Notes under the pieces: generated by a model
What the model was told of the DNA's origin: nothing
Databases searched by the model: none
Seen by the model: the letters and a program-made list of their open reading frames with translations, nothing else
Assembly: GCA_964530725.1 (NCBI GenBank)
Contig: CAZGYV010000001.1
Location: 15,829-79,828, forward strand
Source of the DNA: an uncultured Candidatus Saccharibacteria bacterium
GTDB lineage: Bacteria; Patescibacteriota; Saccharimonadia; CAILAD01; CAZGYV01
Direction of reading: 5' to 3'
DNA length: 64,000 bases
Program-made: the position numbers and the translations under genes
In this document: positions 8,886 to 17,875 of the stretch, piece by piece
How the letters are laid out: every line of letters starts with the position of its first letter
Position numbering within the stretch: the first letter of the stretch is position 1

Positions 8886-9154
8886 ACCAACAGTTAATGA
8901 CGTGGTACACATGTTAAATCTCTTAGCTAAATCATACACAGAACCGACACGGCGTGGTGTTTAGCTAGTTATTTGATAGTCCTATAGTCACTACTCTTGT
9001 TGGAAGCAATAAAGAGAGAGCATCAGAGTTTCGCCTTCGTGAAAATATGCCCATTCTCCTACGTTGTCCTACTAAATAATTAGTAAGATAACAGGCTGAT
9101 TTAGTACGCCCTCGGACGGGTGTTTTTTATATCTGCCAAAGAATAAGGGTTAAC

Positions 9155-9376
9155 ATGCCACGACAAAGAACATGGAGCGGTCAGATGCTCACAATATCAG
9201 ATAAACCTATCATTACCACAGGAGAAGCTCGCAAGATACTAGGCAAGGGTTACGAAGAGCTTTCAGATGAACACCTAATGGGAGTAATTGTTTCACTTTC
9301 TAAGATAGCAGACTATTTCCTGACTAGGATTAGTGTTCCAGAAAACTATAAGGTATGTGGTAAAATGGGGATATGA
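9155..9376 (+). CDS. Small hypothetical protein (73 aa) immediately upstream of, and overlapping, the recombinase (possible accessory/directionality factor - speculative)
   Basis: ATGA overlap with recombinase start (9373-9376); no recognisable motif. Confidence 0.35.
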   Translation: MPRQRTWSGQMLTISDKPIITTGEARKILGKGYEELSDEHLMGVIVSLSKIADYFLTRISVPENYKVCGKMGI

Positions 9377-10971
9377 ATACGATGGATAAAAAAGAGCCAA
9401 TCAAAGTTTATGGTTATAAGCGTGTGTCTACTGAGGAGCAAGTTGATGGGATGTCTTTACATACTCAAGAGCTTGCAATTCAAGCCTACGCAGAGCAGCA
9501 CAATCTTGAGGTGGTGCATATCTTTCATGACGATGGAATATCCGCCAAAACAGCCAAGCGCCCGCAACTTCAAGAGATGCTCGCAAAACTCACAGCCAAA
9601 GATAACGAGGTGCGTGGTGTAGTTGTTTACAATCTCAGTCGTATCTCTCGTGATTTAGAGTCATACAGTCGTGATATAGGCTATCATCTTTCGGCAAAAG
9701 GCGTTCGTCTGTACTCTACAGTTGAAAACATTGACGATACACCAGAGGGTCGTTTGATGCGTAATATTGCACTCTCTATCCACCAGTACGATAACGATAC
9801 AAAAAGTCGAACAGTTAAAGACAATATGAAACAAGTTGCTCTTGAGGGTTGGTGGCAAGGCAATATCCCCTACGGATATAGCCGTGTTAAAGTACCGATT
9901 GGCATTAAGGACAAAGACGGTAAAACTAAGGAGCGTCTCACTCTCGAACCTGATAGCAATAACGACTTGAGCGACAAGATGCGTATGATGCTAGAGCGGT
10001 TCAGTGAGGGTGATTTGAAACAGTCCGAGCTTACTGATTATGCTGAGAGTATCGGCCTATACAGCCCAAAGGGTGAACGTTTTGCACCTCAGTCAATGAA
10101 TAACATTCTAAGAAATATTACCTATGCGGGCTTTGTGTGTAATAAGATGACAGACTTTGAACCTGTAAAGGCTAAACACGTAGGTCTTATCTCGCTTGAG
10201 ACATATTTACGTAATCAGGCTGTTCTTGATGGTCGTAAGCCTGATGAGGCGATGCCTCGCTTTACTGCTAGCTACCCTCTCAAGCACTCTCTGTTATGTA
10301 TTAACTGTCATAAACCCTTAACAGGTAGTGCACCTACTGGAGGTTCTGGTAAGAGCTCACCTCGCTATCACTGCACAAGATGTACGGGTACTGGCTCAAA
10401 AGGTCTTGATAGAACGAATGAGCTATTTGAAGCATTCTTAAACGATGTTACGCCTACAGATAAGATGATTAAGCTCTTTGATGTGATTGTACGCCGTATC
10501 GCCAAAGACAAGCTCTCAAACGTGAATAAGGCTATCAGCGATGTTAGAGACGATATGACCAAGATAGACACTGATATGCAGAAAGCACTTCAGTCTATGC
10601 TCGATGGCGATATCAGTAAGCAAGAGAAAGAAGACTACCAGTCGTCATTACGTATTAAGCGACTCAACCTAGAGGACGAACTTAATAAGCTACGAGACAT
10701 ACAGAGCCTCAATGAGTCTACTATTACCTATGTTTGTAACTTTATGGACGCTCCTGCTCGTATGTGGCAAGATGCAGACGCAGAGACAAAAGTCATCTTC
10801 CAACAGATGGTTACAGAGAACGGTATTGTATTCGACCTCAAGAACGAAAAGTTTGGAACGGACGGTTTGAGTATGTTTTACAGATTGAAAGACAACAAAA
10901 AAGACCCATCAAAGGCTGATGAGTCCCTTATGGTGATCCCACGGGGAATCGAACCCCGGTTACCAGGATGA
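9373..10971 (+). CDS. Large serine recombinase (resolvase/invertase catalytic domain + recombinase domain + zinc ribbon + coiled coil)
   Basis: N-terminal YGYKRVSTEEQ (catalytic Ser), VVVYNLSRISRD, C-terminal Cys cluster CINCH...HCTRCTG, 532 aa. Last ~13 codons are antisense to tRNA-Glu 3' end. Confidence 0.85.
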   Translation: MNTMDKKEPIKVYGYKRVSTEEQVDGMSLHTQELAIQAYAEQHNLEVVHIFHDDGISAKTAKRPQLQEMLAKLTAKDNEVRGVVVYNLSRISRDLESYSRDIGYHLSAKGVRLYSTVENIDDTPEGRLMRNIALSIHQYDNDTKSRTVKDNMKQVALEGWWQGNIPYGYSRVKVPIGIKDKDGKTKERLTLEPDSNNDLSDKMRMMLERFSEGDLKQSELTDYAESIGLYSPKGERFAPQSMNNILRNITYAGFVCNKMTDFEPVKAKHVGLISLETYLRNQAVLDGRKPDEAMPRFTASYPLKHSLLCINCHKPLTGSAPTGGSGKSSPRYHCTRCTGTGSKGLDRTNELFEAFLNDVTPTDKMIKLFDVIVRRIAKDKLSNVNKAISDVRDDMTKIDTDMQKALQSMLDGDISKQEKEDYQSSLRIKRLNLEDELNKLRDIQSLNESTITYVCNFMDAPARMWQDADAETKVIFQQMVTENGIVFDLKNEKFGTDGLSMFYRLKDNKKDPSKADESLMVIPRGIEPRLPG

Positions 10972-11005
10972 GAACCTGGCGTCCTAACCGCTAGACGATG
11001 GGACC
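10931..11005 (-). tRNA. tRNA-Glu (anticodon CUC)
   Basis: GGTCCCATCGTCTAGCGGTTAGGACGCCAGGTTCTCATCCTGGTAACCGGGGTTCGATTCCCCGTGGGATCACCA: 7-bp acceptor, anticodon loop TTCTCAT, T-loop TTCGATT, encoded CCA. Confidence 0.85.
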
Positions 11006-11122
11006 ATTGTCATATTATATACATTATACCATATTTACACTACTTTTTCTAGTCCTAGGGTTCAGGCAGTTTAGGTAATAATATCTCATTGTACTTGTGC
11101 TAAAATAGTATTAAAGAAGTAT

Positions 11123-12358
11123 ATGGCAAACAAAAAACAACTCCCAAAAAGTTTTGATATCTCGGTACGGCGTCGATCGGTTAAAACGACTGATAAGAAT
11201 GACTCGAGCCTAGCCGCCAGTCAGGCTGAAGAGTCCGGCAAGGGCTTGTCGACCACGAAAAGTGATGATGACAAGCTACTCTCCTCGCCTGCTAAAAAAC
11301 GCCTATCGAAAAAAGCCAAAATCATCATAGCTGTCGTGGCCGGCGTATTTGTGGTGGTGGCCATCGTGGCGACTATCTACTTTTTAAATAAGAGTAAGCC
11401 CCAGGCAAGTCGCACTCAGACTGGTGTCAAGGTCTCGCAACCACCGGCCAAGCCACCAACCGCACCCAGCCCCTTGACTGGCGTTGAAGTTGATCCAGCC
11501 GCTGCTAAGCAGCCGGTTGTGGCTGTGGTGGTAGAGAATCTCTACCCTAGCGCTCGTCCGCAATCCGGGCTATCCGATGCTGGCGTGGTTTACGAGGCTC
11601 TAGCTGAGGGCGGCATCACCCGCTATCTGGCCTTGTTTCAAGATCACCTGGCAGCTGATATCGGTCCGGTGCGCTCTTTGCGGACTTATTTTGTCGACTG
11701 GGGCTTGGAGCACAACGCGCCAGTGGCTCATGTTGGCGGCAATGCCGACGCGCTTGATCTCATTAAGCCGCTGGGCATGAAAAACCTCGATCAGTTTCAT
11801 AATGGCAGTTATTTCCGGCGCATAAATACCCGTGCCGCGCCGCATAATGTTTATATCAAAAGCGAGCAGATGAAAAAGCTGCTGAATGATCGCGGCTTTG
11901 GCGGACCGCCAGATTTTAAGCCGTGGCCGCGCAAAGACGACACTAAGTCGCAGAGCTTAACCGCCTCGACTATTGAAGTTAATTTCTCCGGTCCGGACTA
12001 TAAAGCCCGCTTCGACTACGATCCGGCCACCAACAGCTACACTCGCTTTATTCGCAATGCGGCTGATATCGATGCTAACACTAAGGCGCCGATTAAAACT
12101 AAGAACATCATCGCGATGTATATGCCGACGCAATTCGGCGTTACTCGAATCGGCGAGTCGACTGTCGTCATGCAGACGGTCGGCAGCGGCAAGGCGGTGA
12201 TTTTCACAGATGGCGTGGCGACCGAAGCTACCTGGAAAAAAACTGACCACAAGGCACGTACTCAATTTTTAGACGCTAACGGCGCCGAGATCAAGCTCAA
12301 TCGAGGCCAAACCTGGGTGTCGGTGGTACCGGTCGGTAAAAGCGTTAGCTATAAATAA
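11123..12358 (+). CDS. DUF3048 (YerB-like) family membrane-anchored protein
   Basis: N-terminal basic tail + TM helix, Pro-rich linker, then PLTGVEVDP...RPQSGLSDAGVVYEALAEGGITRYLALFQ block typical of DUF3048. Confidence 0.65.
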   Translation: MANKKQLPKSFDISVRRRSVKTTDKNDSSLAASQAEESGKGLSTTKSDDDKLLSSPAKKRLSKKAKIIIAVVAGVFVVVAIVATIYFLNKSKPQASRTQTGVKVSQPPAKPPTAPSPLTGVEVDPAAAKQPVVAVVVENLYPSARPQSGLSDAGVVYEALAEGGITRYLALFQDHLAADIGPVRSLRTYFVDWGLEHNAPVAHVGGNADALDLIKPLGMKNLDQFHNGSYFRRINTRAAPHNVYIKSEQMKKLLNDRGFGGPPDFKPWPRKDDTKSQSLTASTIEVNFSGPDYKARFDYDPATNSYTRFIRNAADIDANTKAPIKTKNIIAMYMPTQFGVTRIGESTVVMQTVGSGKAVIFTDGVATEATWKKTDHKARTQFLDANGAEIKLNRGQTWVSVVPVGKSVSYK

Positions 12359-12787
12359 TTAATTACTGATATTGACAGTCGTGGTAGTGGAGTTGGTCAC
12401 AGCAGCGTTACCACCATTGCCTGATTGAGCTGACTGACTGGAATTATTGCTGACTGAGACATTGGTCGAGCCGTCTTCGTGCTGAACAGTCGAGCTGTGC
12501 GTCGAGGAGACGGCACCCTCACCTGTTTCGCTCTGCTCACTTTTTTGCTCGATAGTGACTACCGGGTCTTGGCTTGGTTGCTCCATTTGCGGGTTCTCCT
12601 TTGTATCCGGTAGTTTAACGGCGGGCTTGATGGTGGTCTGTGTCGCAACTAGGCTCTGCGTGGCGGCCAGACTCACTCCGCCAAGAATGGCGAGTACAAA
12701 AAATACAGCGCCAATCTTGGTCCATAGTTGATAGGTTGGATTAGAGTGAATCACTATCGAACTCCTCCCCTGAATAATATTGTACAC
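12359..12787 (-). CDS. Small membrane-anchored Ser/Thr/Asn-rich secreted protein; paralogous to C-terminal extension of SipW
   Basis: TM helix GAVFFVLAILGGVSLAA then low-complexity ending ...TNSTTTTVNISN; 3' ~30 nt share ~75% identity with 3' end of ORF 12821..13744 (TTGACAGTCGT core). Confidence 0.45.
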   Translation of the reverse strand: MYNIIQGRSSIVIHSNPTYQLWTKIGAVFFVLAILGGVSLAATQSLVATQTTIKPAVKLPDTKENPQMEQPSQDPVVTIEQKSEQSETGEGAVSSTHSSTVQHEDGSTNVSVSNNSSQSAQSGNGGNAAVTNSTTTTVNISN

Positions 12788-12820
12788 GATAAAAATTGTC
12801 TGTAAGAAATCTTGGATTGT

Positions 12821-13744
12821 TTACGGCTGAATGTTGACAGTCGTATTGGTGTTGTTCGAATTTGTCGCCTCTCCGCCGCTGCTGGTTTGCTGATTATTGT
12901 TGATAATATTGATATTATTGGTGTTTTCCTCATAAATCGAGCAGTTGTCATTAAATGTAATTTCATTAATCGAGCCCGGGCCGGTATTAGTGATTGTGGC
13001 GCTATTTTCTCCTTGCCCGCAAGGATTGTTACCGCCCTGCGAGTTGACTGATATCGTGTTGCCAATCAGGCTAGCCTGCGAAAAAAGAGCTGCCCAGCCT
13101 ACGCCGCTAGCGGCTATAAAGATGAAAAACACAAAGACGGCGCGTTTTATCAGCCCATCTATACTGGAAGGATGCTTCCTGGGGCTTGCTTGGTCGGACG
13201 GGTGGTTCTGCGGAGGTTTATTGTCGTGATCGTTTTTTTGATTTTTCGGCTCAACCTCGGGGTGCTGAAGTGATCGCCGCAGCAGCCTAATTTCATCAAA
13301 AATTATAAACGCGGCCGGTATAAAGACAAAAATGATTAGTAGCGGCCAACCTCGGGCATAGCTGAACGCTTGGCCGATTTTTGGATAATGCCAAATTACT
13401 TTACCGACAACATTGCCGCCCATGATCTCTTGATCGGCTACTTGATTTGCGTCACCCTTGGTGATGAGAGTTGGCAAGCCATTGCTTTTTATTTCGACGA
13501 CGCGGTGAGTAATGGTTTGTTTCGGATTATTGGGGTTGATATAGGTAACGACATCACCGGATTTTAGTTGCCTAATCGGCTCGCGCTTGATGACTATCAG
13601 CGAGCCTTGCGGGATGGCGGGGTCCATACTGCCGGTTAGTACCGACATGGCTTTGAGGCCGGTTACAGGCAACAGAAAGACCGCGAGTATGGCCCCGCTG
13701 ACAACACAGATCGCAGCGGCTATAATTTTGATAGCTTTGATCAT
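12821..13744 (-). CDS. sipW: Signal peptidase I, archaeal/ER type (SipW-like), with C-terminal TM + Asn/Thr-rich extension
   Basis: SVLTGSMDPAIPQGSLIVI (SGSMEP-type Ser box) and ITHRVVEI His box, N-terminal TM; 307 aa vs ~190 for SipW, extra ~120 aa contain second TM and NxT-rich tail ending TTVNIQP. Confidence 0.7.
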   Translation of the reverse strand: MIKAIKIIAAAICVVSGAILAVFLLPVTGLKAMSVLTGSMDPAIPQGSLIVIKREPIRQLKSGDVVTYINPNNPKQTITHRVVEIKSNGLPTLITKGDANQVADQEIMGGNVVGKVIWHYPKIGQAFSYARGWPLLIIFVFIPAAFIIFDEIRLLRRSLQHPEVEPKNQKNDHDNKPPQNHPSDQASPRKHPSSIDGLIKRAVFVFFIFIAASGVGWAALFSQASLIGNTISVNSQGGNNPCGQGENSATITNTGPGSINEITFNDNCSIYEENTNNINIINNNQQTSSGGEATNSNNTNTTVNIQP

Positions 13745-13796
13745 GGTTTAAATTCCGCTCATACTTTATAAATTTATTATTAAGGTTTTATTTTAT

Positions 13797-14333
13797 TTAA
13801 GGTTGTGTGCCGGTAAACACGACATCAAAATTGTCAATGGTCGCCTGCGTGCCAGTAACAGCATCAGTGTCCACCTTGATTACGAGCTTGTAATTACTTG
13901 TCACACCAGCGTTGATCGTTTCTACTGCCACATTGCTGTTAATTAGATTGGCTAGTGTTGTGGTAACGACATTGCTGTCGTCTAGCCGGTTGATTTTAAC
14001 GTGAACTTTAGCAAAGTCAGTGAAGTTCGAGTAAGTTGGCACTACTGGTACATGAGCGGTTACGCCAAGATTGACGCCGCCGTTGTTTTTGAGGTCAAAC
14101 AGGAATGGCAGAGTATCATTTCCAGGTACAACATTGGTCCAGCTATTACCTTGGGCAGTCGAACCAAAAGTGCCAGTTGTATTGATCTGCAAGTCGGCCG
14201 AAGCGGTCGACAGCGTGTTGCTCGTCAAAGTAGCAGTTGAGCCTAGGTTCGCGAAGGTCACGCCTACTACCAGCGCCATAGTAGCACCAATAGAAACGAT
14301 TGCTCGCGAGATAGCCGCGCGCTTAGTCACCAT
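13797..14333 (-). CDS. TasA/camelysin-like secreted protein with SipW-cognate-type signal peptide
   Basis: MVTKRAAISRAIVSIGATMALVVGVTFANLGSTATL... resembles TasA-family N-terminus (basic n-region, h-region, A-F-N), directly upstream of sipW. GGGGG RBS 8 nt before ATG 14333. Confidence 0.55.
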   Translation of the reverse strand: MVTKRAAISRAIVSIGATMALVVGVTFANLGSTATLTSNTLSTASADLQINTTGTFGSTAQGNSWTNVVPGNDTLPFLFDLKNNGGVNLGVTAHVPVVPTYSNFTDFAKVHVKINRLDDSNVVTTTLANLINSNVAVETINAGVTSNYKLVIKVDTDAVTGTQATIDNFDVVFTGTQP

Positions 14334-14506
14334 ACATATCACCCCCTTCCTATATAGATTAGCCTCACAAAAGCTTAAGCTTTATTATACACCTTTCACA
14401 ATAATTACAATGAATTTTTGTACAGACTTATATAAATGCTAAAAAACATACTTTGCGCTATAATTGTAGTTAGAATGATTGTTATGCTATCTCAAGGATC
14501 ACTCCC

Positions 14507-15862
14507 ATTAAAAAGCCAGCACAAACCGGCTCCACTTTAGTCGAAATTGTTATTAGTTTGAGCATCGTGTCGGTGGTTATTTTGGCTGTCTTGTCGGTGA
14601 TGGTGTTTAATATGCAGATCATATCAAGCGGCAAATCAAGAGCTCTGGCGATGGCTTTGGCAAACGAAAAATTGGAAAATCTGCGCAATATGCCCTATGA
14701 CAGCTTGGCTACAGTGCATGGTCCGATCTATCCAGGAGGCTCTATCGTTGACGACGAGGATGTGACTGTTGGCGGTATCGCCATGGTTGTGCACACCGAT
14801 ATAAGTTATAACGACGATCCATTTGATGGCAATTTTGCCGGTACTATCGCCGGTAAGCCGCAGGATTTTTATCCCTATGACTACAAGAAAGTTACCATCA
14901 CGATCTACCTGAAGTCAGGCAATCGCAAACTGGCCAATATTAGTACCGACGTGGCCGGCAAAGTAGCCGAGACAGCCACGAACACCGGCATCATCTTGAT
15001 TAAAGTAATAGACGCCAATGGCAATCCGGTCGATGGCGCTTCCGTTCACCTAACAAACCCTACTCCAAGTCCGGCAGTTAATATCACGACCACGACCGAT
15101 AATCAGGGCCAGGTATTGATTCCCAAGATGCCACCGGACAGTGGCAACGGCTATCATCTGACAGCGACGAAAGCGGGCTTTTCGACTGATCAGACCTATC
15201 CCGTTTCCGTTCAAACACCCTCTCCGACTCAGCCCGATTTTAGTGTTCAGGCTCAACAGGTCGTAACCCAGACGTTGGCTATTGATCAGCTGGCTAATAC
15301 TCTAACAGTTAAAGCTATTGATATCAGTGGTAATCCAATTAGCGGGGCTGCTGTTAATATCCATGGTCAAAAAACTATTAATTCTAGCCCGATAGTCTAT
15401 AAGTATAGTTCGGTGCAGACGACAAATGGCAGCGGCGAGATCAGCCTGACAGCTTTGGAGTGGGATTCTTATGACTTGAGTGTTAGTGGGCACAGTATTC
15501 TCGCCTCCTCCCCTTACAAGCCCTTCGCTCTCAATCCTAGCGCTAGTCTGACTGTTACATTGACACTGGACACCCCGTCGACAAGCCGACCAATTATCGA
15601 AGCGGTCACGCCGAGTAGCGCGGTCTCCGGCAGCCCTAATGTCCAAATTGATATCACCGGACAGAACTTAAATGGTGCAACCTTTTTACTGCGCAAATCG
15701 GGTAGCGCTGATATTGTAGCGGGCAACCTGTCTTCACCCGATTCCAGTACGCTTTCTGGCACTCTTGATCTATCCGGCGCGGCAGTTGGCAACTGGGACA
15801 TTGTGGTGACAAAAAGTGGCCAATCAACCACTCAGTCAGGAGGATTTAATGTCGCTAACTAA
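14507..15862 (+). CDS. Type IV prepilin-like (minor pilin/pseudopilin) protein with C-terminal Ig/carboxypeptidase-regulatory-like repeats; apparent ATT initiation codon
   Basis: In-frame upstream of the track TTG start is (ATT)KKPAQTG|STLVEIVISLSIVSVVILAV = classic short basic prepilin leader + G|xTLxE; AAGGAT 8 nt before ATT; no ATG/GTG/TTG in frame. Repeats GNPVDGASVHL / GNPISGAAVNI. Confidence 0.55.
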   Translation: MKKPAQTGSTLVEIVISLSIVSVVILAVLSVMVFNMQIISSGKSRALAMALANEKLENLRNMPYDSLATVHGPIYPGGSIVDDEDVTVGGIAMVVHTDISYNDDPFDGNFAGTIAGKPQDFYPYDYKKVTITIYLKSGNRKLANISTDVAGKVAETATNTGIILIKVIDANGNPVDGASVHLTNPTPSPAVNITTTTDNQGQVLIPKMPPDSGNGYHLTATKAGFSTDQTYPVSVQTPSPTQPDFSVQAQQVVTQTLAIDQLANTLTVKAIDISGNPISGAAVNIHGQKTINSSPIVYKYSSVQTTNGSGEISLTALEWDSYDLSVSGHSILASSPYKPFALNPSASLTVTLTLDTPSTSRPIIEAVTPSSAVSGSPNVQIDITGQNLNGATFLLRKSGSADIVAGNLSSPDSSTLSGTLDLSGAAVGNWDIVVTKSGQSTTQSGGFNVAN

Positions 15863-16454
15863 ATCGATCAACCCTTCCGCCCCGCGCGGATTGTCGCTGA
15901 TTGAGCTACTTATCGCAATGTCGATGGGGTTAGTTATCGGCATCGTGTTGACAAGCTTAATCGTTAATACCAGTCGCTCATATCGGTTCGCGCAGCTGCA
16001 ATCACAAACGGCCACCCAGATATCCACCTACTTGGAGCGCATGAGCCGGGTTTTACGCGGCTCGACTGATGTAGTTAGTGCCAGCTCGACAAGCCTAACT
16101 GTCTACGCATATTTTTCGCCGCGTGATAATGTGCCCGACAAGGTGCGTTATTTCGTGGACACCGATAATGCGCTTAAGGTGGGTGTCATCAAGGCGACGG
16201 GCAGTGCCCCCAACTACACCTATAACAGCTCCGATGAGACCGTGCAAACATTACTTTCTGACCTAAGACACGGCTCAACGCCGGTTTTTACCTACTATGA
16301 TGACAATAATAACCAGCTAACCGGCACCATTACGCCTGCTACAGTTAAGGAGATCGGCATTCGCCTGGAGCTCAACCCTGATCAGAGCATTTTAAAACAG
16401 AATGTAACGGGACAGACTAGGATAAATTTGCGCAATAGAAAGACTAACTTATGA
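15849..16454 (+). CDS. Type IV prepilin-like protein (minor pilin)
   Basis: AGGAGG 5 nt upstream of ATG 15849; MSLTKSINPSAPRG|LSLIELLIAMSMGLVIGIV prepilin cleavage/methylation motif. Track start 15816 is GTG without RBS. Confidence 0.65.
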   Translation: MSLTKSINPSAPRGLSLIELLIAMSMGLVIGIVLTSLIVNTSRSYRFAQLQSQTATQISTYLERMSRVLRGSTDVVSASSTSLTVYAYFSPRDNVPDKVRYFVDTDNALKVGVIKATGSAPNYTYNSSDETVQTLLSDLRHGSTPVFTYYDDNNNQLTGTITPATVKEIGIRLELNPDQSILKQNVTGQTRINLRNRKTNL

Positions 16455-17866
16455 AGTATCAATTAGGTCGTCTAAAAAATAACCGCCGTGGCTTCTCGAT
16501 GGTGCAAGTCATTATCACATCGGTATTCTTGATGAGTATCGCGCTTATTATGGCAACTTCAGCGGTGGTGAATTTAAAATATACCAGCTACGTAGAAAAA
16601 TCTTATGATGCCAACTCGGTTGCTGAGGCCGGTATAAATTATTATCTATGGCATTTGGCACACAACATCAGCGATTACTGTGACGGTCAGGCTTGTGGCA
16701 CGCAAGGGCCTGACGGCTACGGGCCGTTCACACATCAATACAAAGACAGTAGCGGTAAAGTAGTTGGTACTTACGAGCTATATATCAAGCCGCCGCCGGC
16801 CTATTCGAGCATGACGACAGTCAAGTCAATCGGTCGGATCAATGGCTTAAACAAATCCCGCGTCTTGCAGGCGCAGCTGGCTGTCCCATCGTTCGCGCAG
16901 TATGCTTTGCTGACCGGTACGGAGATTTGGATTGGCCCAAGCGAGCGAGTTAATGGCCCGCTGCACTCCAATGTCGGCGTCCACTTTGACGGTATCGCCG
17001 ATGGTCCGGTAACGGCTGCTAACGCGACTTACCGGCCAACTGCTCAGTTTGGCGGTGACGGGCAGATGCATAATGGTGTTTGGGGTAATGGCGGACCTCA
17101 GTCATATTGGAGCTTTCCGGTGCCGCCAGTTGACTTTAACGCTGTCACGGCGGACTTGCAAAAAATCAAAACCGACGCCCAGAGCAATGGCGTCTACCTG
17201 CCACCGACCAATCCCGGCAATCCCAGCTCAAAGCTAGGCTATTACCTAGAATTAAAATCAAACAAGTCAATTGATGTTTATCGTGTCACCCAAGAACGTT
17301 GCACTAGCCTATCGAGAACCTTCGTTGCCAACTACGCCAAGCCGGCCAATGGCTTGCTCTACGTTGAGGATAATGTCTGGGTGCAGTCTAAGTCTGGTGA
17401 TAGGTACAACGACCGCCTGACGATTGCGGCTGCCTACCTGCCCAGTAGCGCCGCGCGTGATAAATCGATTACTATCACCGGCGATATTTTATACAGTGCT
17501 AAAGACGGCACGGCCGCAATTGGCTTAATTGCTCAGAAAGACGTCAAGGTGAATAATGTAGCGCCATATAATCTAGAAATCGACGCTGCCCTGCTCGCTC
17601 AAAAAGGCCATACATTTTTTGAAAGCAGCACCCTTTCGGCCAATTGTAGCAATCAAGTCAAGGGTACGATAACTGTGCACGGCGCGATCAGCAGCTATCT
17701 ATTTTGGACCTGGACTTATGTTACGGGTGGCAACAATGTGATCGATGGCTACGCCACGACTCTCTCGACCTATGATAGTTATTTGAAGTTTAACCCGCCG
17801 CCGAGCTTTCCGACCACCGGCACTTTTTCGGTATTAAACTTTAGAGAATTACTAGAAAATCCTTGA
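16451..17866 (+). CDS. Large pseudopilin-like protein (PilX/minor pilin-like, lacks Glu5)
   Basis: MKYQLGRLKNNRRG|FSMVQVIITSVFLMSIALIMA leader + hydrophobic segment; ATGA overlap with upstream pilin. Confidence 0.55.
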   Translation: MKYQLGRLKNNRRGFSMVQVIITSVFLMSIALIMATSAVVNLKYTSYVEKSYDANSVAEAGINYYLWHLAHNISDYCDGQACGTQGPDGYGPFTHQYKDSSGKVVGTYELYIKPPPAYSSMTTVKSIGRINGLNKSRVLQAQLAVPSFAQYALLTGTEIWIGPSERVNGPLHSNVGVHFDGIADGPVTAANATYRPTAQFGGDGQMHNGVWGNGGPQSYWSFPVPPVDFNAVTADLQKIKTDAQSNGVYLPPTNPGNPSSKLGYYLELKSNKSIDVYRVTQERCTSLSRTFVANYAKPANGLLYVEDNVWVQSKSGDRYNDRLTIAAAYLPSSAARDKSITITGDILYSAKDGTAAIGLIAQKDVKVNNVAPYNLEIDAALLAQKGHTFFESSTLSANCSNQVKGTITVHGAISSYLFWTWTYVTGGNNVIDGYATTLSTYDSYLKFNPPPSFPTTGTFSVLNFRELLENP

Positions 17867-17875
17867 AATATTTGC

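Larger units (their letters stand above)
3750..11005. mobile_element. Candidate integrated genomic islet (AT-rich, ~37% GC vs ~50% flanks): KAP NTPase - membrane protein - small ORF - large serine recombinase, abutting tRNA-Glu
   Basis: Sharp drop in GC starting after 3.75 kb and ending at the tRNA. Recombinase ORF 3' end overlaps tRNA 3' end. Degenerate tRNA-3'-end-like repeat at 3901-3930 (TGGTGA...GAATCGAA). Left boundary approximate. Confidence 0.45.

Noticed and set aside
8712-8939. 75-aa minus-strand ORF in the AT-rich intergenic region of the islet.
   Set aside because: No RBS, and it overlaps the strong plus-strand promoter 8857-8885. It is likely chance in AT-rich DNA.
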